Positions 1 to 8,952 of a stretch of 54,565 nucleotides of DNA are shown here, piece by piece (within the stretch, counting starts at the first letter, position 1; every line of letters begins with the position of its first letter). The stretch is from the NCBI GenBank assembly GCA_964357525.1, contig CAYHLH010000003.1:1298-55862 (forward strand). The letters run 5' to 3'. This stretch comes from an uncultured Candidatus Saccharibacteria bacterium. Lineage in GTDB: Bacteria; Patescibacteriota; Minisyncoccia; UBA6257; GWB1-50-10. The notes under the pieces are model-generated. The model saw only the letters and a list, made by a program, of their open reading frames with translations. It ran no database searches and had not been told where the DNA came from. The position numbers and the translations under genes were made by a program.

Positions 1-615
1 GATATTGACGAGCCCGTATTCGGGGTTCGACACCTTGCCGATGGACACAAAGCACGCGGAGAGCACCTTTCTTACCTCGCTGGAGGAAAGCTTCAAATTG
101 GTGTAATTCCCCTCCTGCGCCATCACTTGCACCGTGGTCCCAGCGCTTCTCGCGAGCTGTCCGCCCTTCCCCGGCTGGAGCTCGATGTTGTGAACGAACG
201 ATCCAACGAGGATCCTCGCGAGGCGCGTGCGGTTGCCGGGCTTCAAAGGCGCGTCCTCCGCCGCGATGACGATGTCCCCCTTCTTCATCCCGCTCTCGGC
301 GAGTATGTAGCGGTAGTCGCCGTCCCGGTAGGAAACGAGCGCGATGAATGCCGAACGGTACGGGTCGTACTCGACAGTCATTATCTTCCCCGGCACGCCG
401 AGTTTCATCTGCTTGAAATCCACGACGCGGAAGCGCTTCTTGTTCCCGCCCCCCTGGTGGCGCACCGTGATCCTGCCCTGGCTGTTCCTGCCGGCGTGGG
501 ACTTGAGGCGCAGGAGGAGCTTCCGCTTCGGCCTGTCGCCGGTCGTCGTCTTTCGGTACTCTACCGACGTGTAATGCCTCCGCGAAGGCGTTGTTGGCTT
601 GTGGATCTTTACCAT
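1..615 (-). CDS. rplB: 50S ribosomal protein L2 (N-terminal part, truncated by window edge)
   Basis: Manual translation from ATG at 615 gives MVKIHKPTTPSRRHYT...GRNSQGRITVRHQGGGNKKRFRVVDF...YDPYRSAFIALV...GRGQLARSAGT; lies downstream of rplW. Confidence 0.97.
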   Translation of the reverse strand, partial: MVKIHKPTTPSRRHYTSVEYRKTTTGDRPKRKLLLRLKSHAGRNSQGRITVRHQGGGNKKRFRVVDFKQMKLGVPGKIMTVEYDPYRSAFIALVSYRDGDYRYILAESGMKKGDIVIAAEDAPLKPGNRTRLARILVGSFVHNIELQPGKGGQLARSAGTTVQVMAQEGNYTNLKLSSSEVRKVLSACFVSIGKVSNPEYGLVNI

Positions 616-616
616 A

Positions 617-976
617 TTACGCGATGTCTATCTTCTCGCCGGCCCTGAGCCGCACCGTCGCCTTCTTCTTCGGCTTGAATGTGCTTGCGTGCCCGCGGTA
701 ATGCTTCGTCCGCACGCGCACCTTCGTCATCGTGACCGAGGAGACGTGCACGCCGTATGTGCGCTCTATCTCCTCCCTCACGAGGACCTTGTTCGCGCTG
801 TTTGTCACGAGGAAGGAATATTGGTTGTGTCTGATGACGCGCTGCGATTTCTCGCTCACGTAGGGGTGGAGCACCACGTGCTTTCCGCGGAACTCGCCTT
901 TCTTCACCTGCCTGCCGCCTGCCTGCCGGTAGGCAGGGGTAGGCATGGTTTCCTTTTTTGTCTGTTCCTTTGCCAT
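617..976 (-). CDS. rplW: 50S ribosomal protein L23 with N-terminal extension encoded by a palindromic insertion
   Basis: HPYVSEKS...NQYSFLV...ANK...IERTYGVHVSSV...KKKATVRL motifs; position in S10 operon. Confidence 0.95.
   Translation of the reverse strand: MAKEQTKKETMPTPAYRQAGGRQVKKGEFRGKHVVLHPYVSEKSQRVIRHNQYSFLVTNSANKVLVREEIERTYGVHVSSVTMTKVRVRTKHYRGHASTFKPKKKATVRLRAGEKIDIA
907..947. repeat. Nested palindromic element (CCTGCCTGCCGGTAGGCAGG inside a second copy), in-frame in rplW
   Basis: 907-916 CCTGCCTGCC + G + 918-937 CCTGCCTGCCGGTAGGCAGG + 938-947 GGTAGGCATG. Confidence 0.8.
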
Positions 977-1146
977 GATTGCCTAAATTTCCAAGCTCAC
1001 TTGCAGCGACGGAAATTTAGCTGCAATCATGAGCACCCGCCCAAGTTTTTGGGTATTTGCCGACATTTTTATTGTTGAATTTTTCATCTTGTTATTTACT
1101 ATATTTATCATATTGTCTGAAAATTTGGGCGGGTAAGGTTTGATTC

Positions 1147-1168
1147 ACTCCGACGGTACCGTCGGAGT
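1147..1168. repeat. 22-bp perfect palindrome ACTCCGACGGTACCGTCGGAGT
   Basis: Read directly; shares ACTCCGAC/GTCGGAGT arms with the 44-bp palindrome at 22143. Confidence 0.85.
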
Positions 1169-1177
1169 ATCAAGCCC

Positions 1178-1837
1178 TTACTTTTTCCCCTTCTTGTCCT
1201 CCTTCAGGCGGGCGACGAGCGCCTCGAGCGCCGGCGCCTCGAAAATGATGTTCGCCTTCCCGATGCACGCGGAGACGTCGAGTGAAGAAGGCGTCGCGAC
1301 CTCCACGCGCGGGATGTTGCGCGATGCCGATAAAAGCGAGCGATTCGCGGAATCCCTCACGAAAAGCACCGAGGGGCGCTCCCCGACGCGGCGCTTGAGG
1401 AAATCTGCGACGGTGTGTGTCTTCGCGGGCTCGAATGCGAGCGAATCATAAACGAAAAATCTCTTCTCTTTATGGCGCTTCGAGAGTATGGACGCGAGCG
1501 CGAAGCGCTTCATTTTCTTGTTCACCTTTTTCAGGAATACGCGCTCGTTCCGCGGCCCGAACGCGACGCCGCCGCCCTTCCAGATCGGGCTCCTGATGGA
1601 GCCGTGCCGCGCGCGTCCCGTGCCTTTCTGCCTCCACGGCTTCTTGCCTCCTCCTGAGACCTCCCCGCGGCTCTTCGTGTGCGCGGTGGAGACGCGGGCG
1701 TTCGCAGCCGTCGCGAGAAGGGATTGGTGCACCGCTTCGGGGCTCCAGCGGACGTCGAAAACCTCCTTGGGGAGCGCCATCGTCCCCGTCTTCTTCCCTT
1801 CCTTGTTCAAAATGTCGATGGTCATGGCATTAGTCAT
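1178..1837 (-). CDS. rplD: 50S ribosomal protein L4 (start may be 1825)
   Basis: [42 protein letters not shown] signature. Confidence 0.98.
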   Translation of the reverse strand: MTNAMTIDILNKEGKKTGTMALPKEVFDVRWSPEAVHQSLLATAANARVSTAHTKSRGEVSGGGKKPWRQKGTGRARHGSIRSPIWKGGGVAFGPRNERVFLKKVNKKMKRFALASILSKRHKEKRFFVYDSLAFEPAKTHTVADFLKRRVGERPSVLFVRDSANRSLLSASRNIPRVEVATPSSLDVSACIGKANIIFEAPALEALVARLKEDKKGKK

Positions 1838-2258
1838 GCTTCCTGATGATGACCCCGCTCCCGCGGTTCCCGGGCACCGCGCCTTCCACCATCACGGTCT
1901 TCTTCTCCAAATCGACCGCGATGACCTTCAGGTTCTTCACGGTGACTCGTTCCGCGCCCATGTGGCCCGCCATCCTCTTTCCCGGCATGACCCGCTGGGG
2001 CGCCGTAGCGCCGATGGAGCCGGGCGCCCTGAGGCGGTCCTTCTGCCCGTGCGTCTTCGGGCCCCCGTGGAACCCGTGGCGCTTGACCACACCCTGGAAC
2101 CCGCGCCCCTTGGAAGTTCCCGTCACATCCACTTTCTCGCCTTTCTCGAGCGGGATTTCCGCGGTTTCCGGCGCGCACAAAAGCACCGTCACGGGAATGA
2201 CGTTCTCTTCTTCCCATATCTGGGTCATATTCGATTTTTTCGCTTTGATGTTGGTCAT
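1830..2258 (-). CDS. rplC: 50S ribosomal protein L3, internally shortened (about 142 aa)
   Basis: KKSNMTQIW...IPVTVL and [22 protein letters not shown]...RAPGSIG...[13 protein letters not shown]...GAVPG motifs; start chosen at MTNIKAKK. Confidence 0.95.
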   Translation of the reverse strand: MTNIKAKKSNMTQIWEEENVIPVTVLLCAPETAEIPLEKGEKVDVTGTSKGRGFQGVVKRHGFHGGPKTHGQKDRLRAPGSIGATAPQRVMPGKRMAGHMGAERVTVKNLKVIAVDLEKKTVMVEGAVPGNRGSGVIIRKHD

Positions 2259-2298
2259 ATGCATGTGCACATCGGGTTTTCCCGAGAGGTGCCTCATA

Positions 2299-2329
2299 GA
2301 AAAACAACAGGGAAGCCCTGTTGTTTTTC
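2299..2329. other. Perfect 14-bp-stem hairpin in the rpsJ-rplC spacer
   Basis: GAAAAACAACAGGG-AAG-CCCTGTTGTTTTTC. Confidence 0.6.
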
Positions 2330-2423
2330 AATTTTGCCCGTTTTTACTGGTCAAAATTCACATTGGCTTCCATGCTATCTTATCCCCCGAAGGGGTTTTC
2401 GGTCAACCCCGCCTTTGGCGGGG

Positions 2424-2756
2424 TCAACTCATTTTGATCTCCACGTCAACTCCTGCGGGAAGATTTAGGTCCGAAAGGGACTCTATTATCTTGGCCGAGG
2501 GGTTCAGGATATCAATAAGACGTTTATGGACTCGGAGCTCGAAATGCTCCCCTGATTTTTTATGTACGAAGGTCGAGCGGTTCACGGCATACTTCTTGAA
2601 TTCCGTGGGAAGCGGGATGGGCCCGTGCATCTCCCCGCCCTGGTACTTGATGGCCTCCACGATCTGCTTCACGGAGGTATCCAGGAGCTTAGCGTCGTAC
2701 GCCTTGATCCGCAGCCGCAATCGTTCCTTCTGTACCGGTTCTTTTTTCGTCGCCAT
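2424..2756 (-). CDS. rpsJ: 30S ribosomal protein S10
   Basis: RLRIKAYDAKLLD...GPIPLPT...RSTFVHKKSGEHFE..HKRLIDI...LPAGVDVEIK. Confidence 0.98.
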   Translation of the reverse strand: MATKKEPVQKERLRLRIKAYDAKLLDTSVKQIVEAIKYQGGEMHGPIPLPTEFKKYAVNRSTFVHKKSGEHFELRVHKRLIDILNPSAKIIESLSDLNLPAGVDVEIKMS

Positions 2757-2782
2757 GGGAAAGAGCTAAGCGGTGCCGAAGG

Positions 2783-3982
2783 TTACTTCGTGATCTTCGT
2801 GACTGCTCCCGCGCCGACCGTTTTCCCGCCTTCCCTGATGGCGAAGCGCTGCTTCTCCTCCAAGGCGACCGGAGCGATGAGCTTCACGTTGATCTTCACG
2901 GTGTCGCCGGGCATGACCATCTCGGTCCCCTCGGGAAGGATGGTCTCTCCGGTCACGTCCGTCGTCCTGATGTAGAACTGCGGCTTGTATCCCTTGAAGA
3001 ACGGCGTGTGTCGTCCGCCCTCCTCCTTGGAGAGCACATACACCTCCGCCTCGAACTCGGTGTGAGGGGTGACGCTGCCGGGCTTCGCGATGACCTGCCC
3101 GCGCTCCACATCCTCCTTCTTGATGCCGCGGATGAGAACGCCTACGTTGTCGCCGGCGCGGCCCTCGTCGAGCGTCTTCTGGAACATCTCGATGCCGGTC
3201 ACGACGGTCTTTACGGTGGGCTTGAGTCCCACGATCTCCACTTCCTCGTTCACCTTCACGACGCCGCGCTCCACCTTGCCGGTGCAAACGGTGCCCCTGC
3301 CTTCGATGGAGAAAATGTCCTCGACGGGCATAAGGAACGGCTTGTCTATCTCGCGGACGGGCTCCGGAATGAAGGTGTCCAGCGCCTCGATGAGCGCCAA
3401 AACGGGTTTCGCCGCCTCGTCATCCACCGTTTTCGCTTCGAGCGCTTTCAAGGCCGACCCGCGGATTACGGGGGTCGCGTCGCCGTCGAAGTGGTATTTC
3501 TTGAGGAGCTCGCGGACCTCGCTCTCTACGAGATCGATGAGCTCGGGGTCGTCAACCGCGTCGCACTTGTTGAGGAACACGACTATCTTCGGCACGCCGA
3601 CCTGGTATGCCAAAAGGATGTGCTCACGGGTCTGGGGCATCGGACCGTCCGTCGCGGCGACCACAAGCACGGCTCCGTCCATCTGGGCGGCTCCGGTAAT
3701 CATGTTCTTGATATAGTCGGCGTGTCCGGGGGCGTCGATGTGCGCGTAGTGGCGCTTCTCGCTCTCGTATTCCGAATGATGCAGCGCGATTGTGATGCCG
3801 CGCGCCTTCTCTTCCGGTGCGTTGTCGATCTGCGCGACCGACTCCACTTTCTTCACGAGACCTTTCATCGAGAGGATGTGCATGATTGCCGCGGTAAGGG
3901 TTGTCTTGCCGTGGTCAACGTGGCCGATCGTCCCGACGTTCACGTGGGGCTTCGAACGGTTGAATTTTTCCTTTTCTGCCAT
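2783..3982 (-). CDS. tuf: Elongation factor Tu
   Basis: [46 protein letters not shown]. Confidence 0.99.
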   Translation of the reverse strand: MAEKEKFNRSKPHVNVGTIGHVDHGKTTLTAAIMHILSMKGLVKKVESVAQIDNAPEEKARGITIALHHSEYESEKRHYAHIDAPGHADYIKNMITGAAQMDGAVLVVAATDGPMPQTREHILLAYQVGVPKIVVFLNKCDAVDDPELIDLVESEVRELLKKYHFDGDATPVIRGSALKALEAKTVDDEAAKPVLALIEALDTFIPEPVREIDKPFLMPVEDIFSIEGRGTVCTGKVERGVVKVNEEVEIVGLKPTVKTVVTGIEMFQKTLDEGRAGDNVGVLIRGIKKEDVERGQVIAKPGSVTPHTEFEAEVYVLSKEEGGRHTPFFKGYKPQFYIRTTDVTGETILPEGTEMVMPGDTVKINVKLIAPVALEEKQRFAIREGGKTVGAGAVTKITK

Positions 3983-4111
3983 TGTGTTTTTTGCGTTGAT
4001 TGCGGTTTTTCGACTTTTTGCAATGCGGGACTAATTTTTGCTGAATTCATGCGGATTGTCAACCGTTTTCCCGCAACTTGTGGAAAACTCCCATTTTAAT
4101 GGAAAATACTC

Positions 4112-4147
4112 GTCCCTCACCCTTAAAAAAGGGGTTAGGGATTGACT
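4112..4147. repeat. Imperfect palindrome family E (GTCCCTCACCCTT...AAGGGTKAGGGATT), copy 1
   Basis: Similar copies at 5131-5166 and, in reverse, at 30493-30529. Confidence 0.65.
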
Positions 4148-4170
4148 TTTTTAATTTAATATGTTACGAT
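4142..4170 (+). promoter_or_regulatory. Sigma70-type promoter for the 4219 ORF
   Basis: TTGACT-N17-TACGAT with TGn extension; GAAAGGGG purine tract about 16 nt before the ATG. Confidence 0.55.
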
Positions 4171-4218
4171 TAAAACCAGAAAATTAACCTGCCTGAAAGG
4201 GGCTTTATCTATAGCGAA

Positions 4219-4413
4219 ATGAACACAACAGCAATTTTAATTTTCAGTTTCACTATACTTGGCTTACTTTTTCTTACTTTCTTTGGCATAATGGGTGTTG
4301 ATGGGGAATCATCAAAGAAAACCGTGCTATTGTTAATTGTTGCTTTCCTAGTAATAGTAGTAATCAGTGCAAATGTTGGAATGATATACAAAGACAGAAA
4401 AAGATTAAAATAA
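4219..4413 (+). CDS. Small AT-rich two-TM membrane protein
   Basis: 64 aa with two hydrophobic helices and a basic tail; promoter upstream, hairpin plus U-tract at 4445-4471. Confidence 0.6.
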   Translation: MNTTAILIFSFTILGLLFLTFFGIMGVDGESSKKTVLLLIVAFLVIVVISANVGMIYKDRKRLK

Positions 4414-4517
4414 CCCAAAATCAGTTAAACAAAATTTTTTTGTAAATCCCGTGCCTTGCCGCGGGTTTTTTATTCATCTTTCCTCACGATTATCCAAAAT
4501 CATCGCCATTTCTCATC

Positions 4518-4537
4518 TGCTATAGTTAACTATAGCA
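4518..4537. promoter_or_regulatory. Palindrome GCTATAGTTAACTATAGC, copy 1 (trp-operator-like)
   Basis: Identical 18-bp core at 4643-4668 and 5077-5098. Confidence 0.75.
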
Positions 4538-4582
4538 CTGACTTCAACATCTATTTTAATTAATGTGTGTCCGACGCCTTTT

Positions 4583-4626
4583 AATTACTCCTTTTTCAGT
4601 AGTCAATTACTACTTTTTCAGTAGTC
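4583..4626. repeat. 22-bp tandem duplication (1 mismatch)
   Basis: AATTACTCCTTTTTCAGTAGTC / AATTACTACTTTTTCAGTAGTC. Confidence 0.8.
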
Positions 4627-4642
4627 GTCAGCATCATCATTT

Positions 4643-4678
4643 ACGCGCTATAGTTAACTATAGCGCGTGTGGTATAAT
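4643..4678 (+). promoter_or_regulatory. Palindrome copy 2 next to the extended -10 box (TGgTATAAT) of the TrpR-like gene
   Basis: ACGCGCTATAGTTAACTATAGCGCGT, then TATAAT at 4673-4678, then ATG at 4688. Confidence 0.75.
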
Positions 4679-4687
4679 GGAAACATC

Positions 4688-5062
4688 ATGGTATACGTCC
4701 ATAGAAGGAAAAAGGTGCCGATGGAAATCCGCGAGGAGGCGTGGAAGAAATTTCGGGTGATGATCAACAGCTCCGCTTTGGCGGAAACCCTTCGGGGAAG
4801 AATAGAAGCCCTCCTCTCTCCTTCCGAGATCGTCATGCTCGAAAAGCGCCTCTCAATCCTCGTGCTCCTCGAAAGGAAAACGACCTATCGAGAGATCGAA
4901 ACGCTCGTTGATGTGACGTCCGCCACCATCAGCTTCGTCAAACGCCATTTCGTCAAAAAACCGACTGAGCACCGGCGTTATTCGCCGTATCAGAAGGAAG
5001 CATACCCAACACCTATCAGGTCATCGAAACGGGTTGCGGCGAGATTGCTGCAAGGAAAGTAG
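4688..5062 (+). CDS. Trp repressor-like (YerC/YecD family) HTH protein
   Basis: LLSPSEIVMLEKRLSILVLL...TYREIETLVDVTSATISFV matches the TrpR/YerC pattern LLTxxE...R..I..LL...YR.I....G.S.ATI.RV. Confidence 0.8.
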   Translation: MVYVHRRKKVPMEIREEAWKKFRVMINSSALAETLRGRIEALLSPSEIVMLEKRLSILVLLERKTTYREIETLVDVTSATISFVKRHFVKKPTEHRRYSPYQKEAYPTPIRSSKRVAARLLQGK

Positions 5063-5076
5063 TAATTAATGGTGCA

Positions 5077-5098
5077 CTGCTATAGTTAACTATAGCAG
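5077..5098. repeat. Palindrome GCTATAGTTAACTATAGC, copy 3 (downstream of the TrpR-like gene)
   Basis: CTGCTATAGTTAACTATAGCAG. Confidence 0.8.
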
Positions 5099-5130
5099 CG
5101 CATTTTTATTCCTTTTTGAGGAGTTCCCTT

Positions 5131-5166
5131 GTCCCTCACCTTTCAAAAAGAAGGGTGAGTGATTAA
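5131..5166. repeat. Palindrome family E, copy 2
   Basis: GTCCCTCACCTTTCAAAAAGAAGGGTGAGTGATTAA. Confidence 0.65.
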
Positions 5167-5203
5167 ACTTCTTACAAAGAGTGCTGCATTTAAATGCAGC
5201 ACT

Positions 5204-7000
5204 CTATTCTTTCTTGAGAAGTTCCTTGAATACCGAGGGCGGGATAGTGGCCTCGCTTCGCTCCTTCAATCGTTCCTTTCCGCGCTTTTGCTTCTTCCAC
5301 AATTTCATCTTCCGCGTCCTGTCGCCTCCGTATAGATACCCGGTAACGTCCTTGCTCATCGCCTTAATGTCCGCCCGTGCGACTATGCGCCCGGCGGCGG
5401 ATGCCTGCACCGGCTGCACATACTGCTGCCTGGGCAGGAGGTCTTTCAGTTTTTCCACCATCTTCCTGGCCTCGCGCTCCATCGTCTCCTTAGGAAAGAA
5501 GCGCGAAAGCCCGGCGACGGGCTCGCCTGACACGAGAAGGTCCACCCGTACCACTTCCGCCCGTTCGTATCCTTTTATCTCGTAGCTGAACGACGCGTAC
5601 CCTTCGGTTGCGGACTTAAGCTGATCGTCGAAGTCGGAGACGAGCTCCACGAGGGGCATTTCCGCTTTCATCAATATTCTCTCACCCATCGTCTCGGTGT
5701 GAAGCACGTTCATCCTGAATTTCCTCTGCACCGAAAGCACGGAGGAAAGGTGCTTCGTCGGCACGATGAGCTCGAGGGAAATGATGGGCTCCTGTATCTC
5801 GAGGTATTCCGCTGGAAGGTCCTCCGGCTTCACGATCTCCATCCAGCTCCCATCCTTATTCTTCACGCGGTACAGCACCGAGGGGAAGGTATTCACAACG
5901 CCTATGCCGAACTCCCTCCGGAGGCGCTCCGCCGTTATCTCGAAGTGGAGTTTGCCGAGGCACCCTATTTTGAACCCGCGGCCCAGCACCTCGTTCTGGT
6001 CGGGCTCTATAGTCAAGGCGCTGTCATTCAGCTTCAGCTTCTCCAATCCCCGCGTCAGGTGCTCGTAATCGTCGCTTTCCTCCGGATAGAAAGAGACAAA
6101 GATGACGGGATTCGGCTCCTTGTATCCGGGAAGCGCCGCGCCCTTCGGGAGCGTCGCGTTGGGCTCCAAGGCCAGGAGCGTGTCTCCTATCTTTATTTTT
6201 CCGGGGTCCTTGATGCCCGTCGCGATGTATCCTGTTTCACCCTCTCCGAGCGAGTCCGTTGCCGTCAGTTTCGGCGCGAAATATCCGAGCTCCTTCATTT
6301 TGACCTTGGTGTCCGTCTCGAGGAGCTGCACGGTGTCGGTGTCGGTAAATATGCCGTCGAACACCCTTACGGAGGCAACCACCCCCTTGTGGTTGTCGTA
6401 GAATGAATCGAAGACGAGCGCCCTCCCCTTCACACCTTTCATGTGCCCGACGCCTTTCGGCGCGGGAATCTTCAAAACAACGGCTTCCAAAAGTTCCGGA
6501 ACCCCCTTGCCGGTCTTTCCCGACACGCGGTATATCCCCTCCGGCTCGCACCCTATGAGGTGCGCCAATTCCAAAGCGAGATGGTCCACTTCGTGCGTTG
6601 AAACGAGGTCCACCTTGTTCACCGCGCCGATGATTGTGAGACCCGCCTTCTCCGCCGAATGGAAATTCGCCAGTGTCTGCGCCTGTATGCCCTGAGCGGC
6701 GTCCACAAGCAGTATCGCCCCCTCAACGGCCTCAAGCGCCCGCGACACCTCGTACCCGAAATCCGAATGCCCTGGAGTGTCTATGAGGTTCAGCTCATAC
6801 TCCTTATATTTCATCCGCACCGGCGCCATCTTGATGGTGATGCCCCGCTCGCGCTCCAATTCCAGCGAGTCCAGTATCTGCGCCTGCATTTTCCTCTTCT
6901 CTATGGTCCCCGTAACCTCAAGAAGCCGGTCCGCCAGAGTGCTTTTTCCGTGGTCAATGTGGGCAATTATGCAAAAGTTTCGAATATTTGATTCATTCAT
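5204..7000 (-). CDS. lepA: Translation elongation factor 4 (LepA)
   Basis: IRNFCIIAHIDHGKSTLADRLLE, ERERGITIK, DTPGH, C-terminal YGGDRTRKMKLWKKQKRGK. Confidence 0.98.
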   Translation of the reverse strand: MNESNIRNFCIIAHIDHGKSTLADRLLEVTGTIEKRKMQAQILDSLELERERGITIKMAPVRMKYKEYELNLIDTPGHSDFGYEVSRALEAVEGAILLVDAAQGIQAQTLANFHSAEKAGLTIIGAVNKVDLVSTHEVDHLALELAHLIGCEPEGIYRVSGKTGKGVPELLEAVVLKIPAPKGVGHMKGVKGRALVFDSFYDNHKGVVASVRVFDGIFTDTDTVQLLETDTKVKMKELGYFAPKLTATDSLGEGETGYIATGIKDPGKIKIGDTLLALEPNATLPKGAALPGYKEPNPVIFVSFYPEESDDYEHLTRGLEKLKLNDSALTIEPDQNEVLGRGFKIGCLGKLHFEITAERLRREFGIGVVNTFPSVLYRVKNKDGSWMEIVKPEDLPAEYLEIQEPIISLELIVPTKHLSSVLSVQRKFRMNVLHTETMGERILMKAEMPLVELVSDFDDQLKSATEGYASFSYEIKGYERAEVVRVDLLVSGEPVAGLSRFFPKETMEREARKMVEKLKDLLPRQQYVQPVQASAAGRIVARADIKAMSKDVTGYLYGGDRTRKMKLWKKQKRGKERLKERSEATIPPSVFKELLKKE

Positions 7001-7044
7001 ATTTCAGTATCGCTTTCAAAAATACCACGCCGCGAGGCAAAAGA

Positions 7045-7073
7045 AAAAGCCCCGCTAAAAAGCGGGGGCTTTT
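7045..7073 (-). terminator. Intrinsic terminator (possibly bidirectional)
   Basis: AAAAGCCCCGCT-AAAA-AGCGGGGGCTTTT. Confidence 0.7.
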
Positions 7074-7098
7074 AATAATGTTCCACATCACGTACAAA

Positions 7099-7980
7099 TT
7101 AGAATTTGAAATCTTTTATAAACACCCATAACCGGAAATCCATCGTTCCCTGAAAGCTCGAAGAGATGCTTCCTGCAACGTTCAATCCTTTCACTTTCCT
7201 GATGGGAATTATCTTTATGAGACCGAATTCCCCGTAAGAACCTCCCGTCTCCCGGTTGAAGACCCTGGATACTATGATATCAAGTATCGGCGTCTTGCCC
7301 CGAGCCCACAGGGTTACGAGCGAATCCTTGTCCATATATGCCGTCGCATCGAGGAACGGGGATTGCGCTCCCAAGACCCCGTTGACGCGTCCGTTCAGGT
7401 AGGAAACTCCGAGATTAATCTCGATTTTCTTGTGCTTATATCCCACAACGAAATGCGTTTCCGCCTTCCCGTTGTTGACATATGCCCCCATCCCGAACAA
7501 AAAGCGTCCGAACCCGAATCTCAGATTTCCGCCCGGTTCCTCCCCCTTGATTTTTTCTATGGTAGGCGTTCCGTAATGCCTCCATATATCCGTGAGGGAA
7601 CCCTCGCCTATGGAAGAGAAAAGCGTGGAAACAAATCCCAGCTCAAGTTCCGCTTTTTTTTGTAGCGGAAAGACCAGTGCCACTGTTCCCGTGGGACGTT
7701 CCGTTGACCTGTATAAACCGGCCACATCGAGGGAAAACGGGAATTTCTTTGGACCTATCTTCAGGCTCACCTCGAGTGCCGCCTGAATCCATCCGTCCTG
7801 CTTGTAGTCGCTCGTATGGGTTTTGATGTTAAGTTCGCCCAACCCGCCAAAGTAATTCCCGACCATCTTGACCGGAAATTCGTCACTTTTCGATTTCTTC
7901 TTTTTCTGGCCATCTATCCCCTGCCCATACAGGGCACATACAAAAAACAAACAAACAAAGGCAAAAATGATTTTTTTCAT
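7099..7980 (-). CDS. Secreted hypothetical protein, beta-strand-rich (beta-barrel-like)
   Basis: Signal peptide MKKIIFAFVCLFFVCALYG; alternating hydrophobic strands; C-terminal Phe; SD AAAGGAGG. Confidence 0.7.
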   Translation of the reverse strand: MKKIIFAFVCLFFVCALYGQGIDGQKKKKSKSDEFPVKMVGNYFGGLGELNIKTHTSDYKQDGWIQAALEVSLKIGPKKFPFSLDVAGLYRSTERPTGTVALVFPLQKKAELELGFVSTLFSSIGEGSLTDIWRHYGTPTIEKIKGEEPGGNLRFGFGRFLFGMGAYVNNGKAETHFVVGYKHKKIEINLGVSYLNGRVNGVLGAQSPFLDATAYMDKDSLVTLWARGKTPILDIIVSRVFNRETGGSYGEFGLIKIIPIRKVKGLNVAGSISSSFQGTMDFRLWVFIKDFKF

Positions 7981-8091
7981 TATCTGCCCCTCCTTTCTTG
8001 CTTATAAAAATTATTTATTTTCTGCCAGAACGATACCCCTTTTCAGGGGTTTATGTCAAATGAAAGCTCTGTCTCTCGACGGGGCGAAATC

Positions 8092-8484
8092 TCACAGGGA
8101 TCCGTTGGTCAAAAACGTGTATCTCGCGTCGGCGAGCGTCCTGATAACGGCATCGTCGTGCTTCTTCCTCTTCACCCATTTCCTTTTCACTGCCGGATTC
8201 GGAACCTCTTCGGGTTCCTTTTCCATTGGGCCGAACCTGCCATTGTAGTCATGGTCCACGAATATCCTTTCCACCGCGTGCGGCGCGATGCCGTGCTTGC
8301 CGAGCGTTCTCTTGAAATAGTCCGCAAGAGTGAAAGCCAGCGGGCCTTTTTTGGCGTAAAAGAGCGGGAATGAGACCTGGAGGGCTATCCGATGCTCCAG
8401 CAGGTTTTTGTAGAGAATATCGCTGAAATTCATCTTCTCCGAAAAACCCACGAAGAGGCATATCTTTGGTTTTATGTTCTGCAT
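8092..8484 (-). CDS. Hypothetical protein
   Basis: ORF with SD GAAGGAGGG before the ATG at 8484. Confidence 0.6.
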   Translation of the reverse strand: MQNIKPKICLFVGFSEKMNFSDILYKNLLEHRIALQVSFPLFYAKKGPLAFTLADYFKRTLGKHGIAPHAVERIFVDHDYNGRFGPMEKEPEEVPNPAVKRKWVKRKKHDDAVIRTLADARYTFLTNGSL

Positions 8485-8615
8485 GGCACCCTCCTTCTGG
8501 GCGTTAATGTTGATAAATGTCTGCCCCGAATGATGCGATTTCCGGGGCGGGGTGTCAAATATAAATCCCCGCACTGAATATTCAGGGCGGGGACAAAATA
8601 AAAATCTTTGCGGCT

Positions 8616-8816
8616 CTATGACGACCTCGGGAAAACGATGACCTCATCCTCATCGAATTGGCCGGGGTCGGCAAAAGAGAAAGACACTCTTTTCTTTGTC
8701 TTGCCCAACGTCTTCGCTTCTTCATCAGCAACCGTTTCGCCGTATATTTTCACCTGTTTGATGGTTTCGTCGTCGCTTACCTTGATCCATTTATGGAACG
8801 GGGCCGCCTTCCTCAA
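8616..8816 (-). CDS. Small hypothetical protein
   Basis: 66-aa ORF with plausible composition; start uncertain. Confidence 0.4.
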   Translation of the reverse strand: MRKAAPFHKWIKVSDDETIKQVKIYGETVADEEAKTLGKTKKRVSFSFADPGQFDEDEVIVFPRSS

Positions 8817-8952
8817 AGCGGATGAACAGTTCTATGATTGAAAACATTGATTTCTCCTTTTCTAAATTTAACTGTTTCCCATAAAACCACAATTCCGTAT
8901 AAAACGCAACCCCCGCCGAAAGCGGGTGGTGAAAACCCGGGCGAATGGCGCG

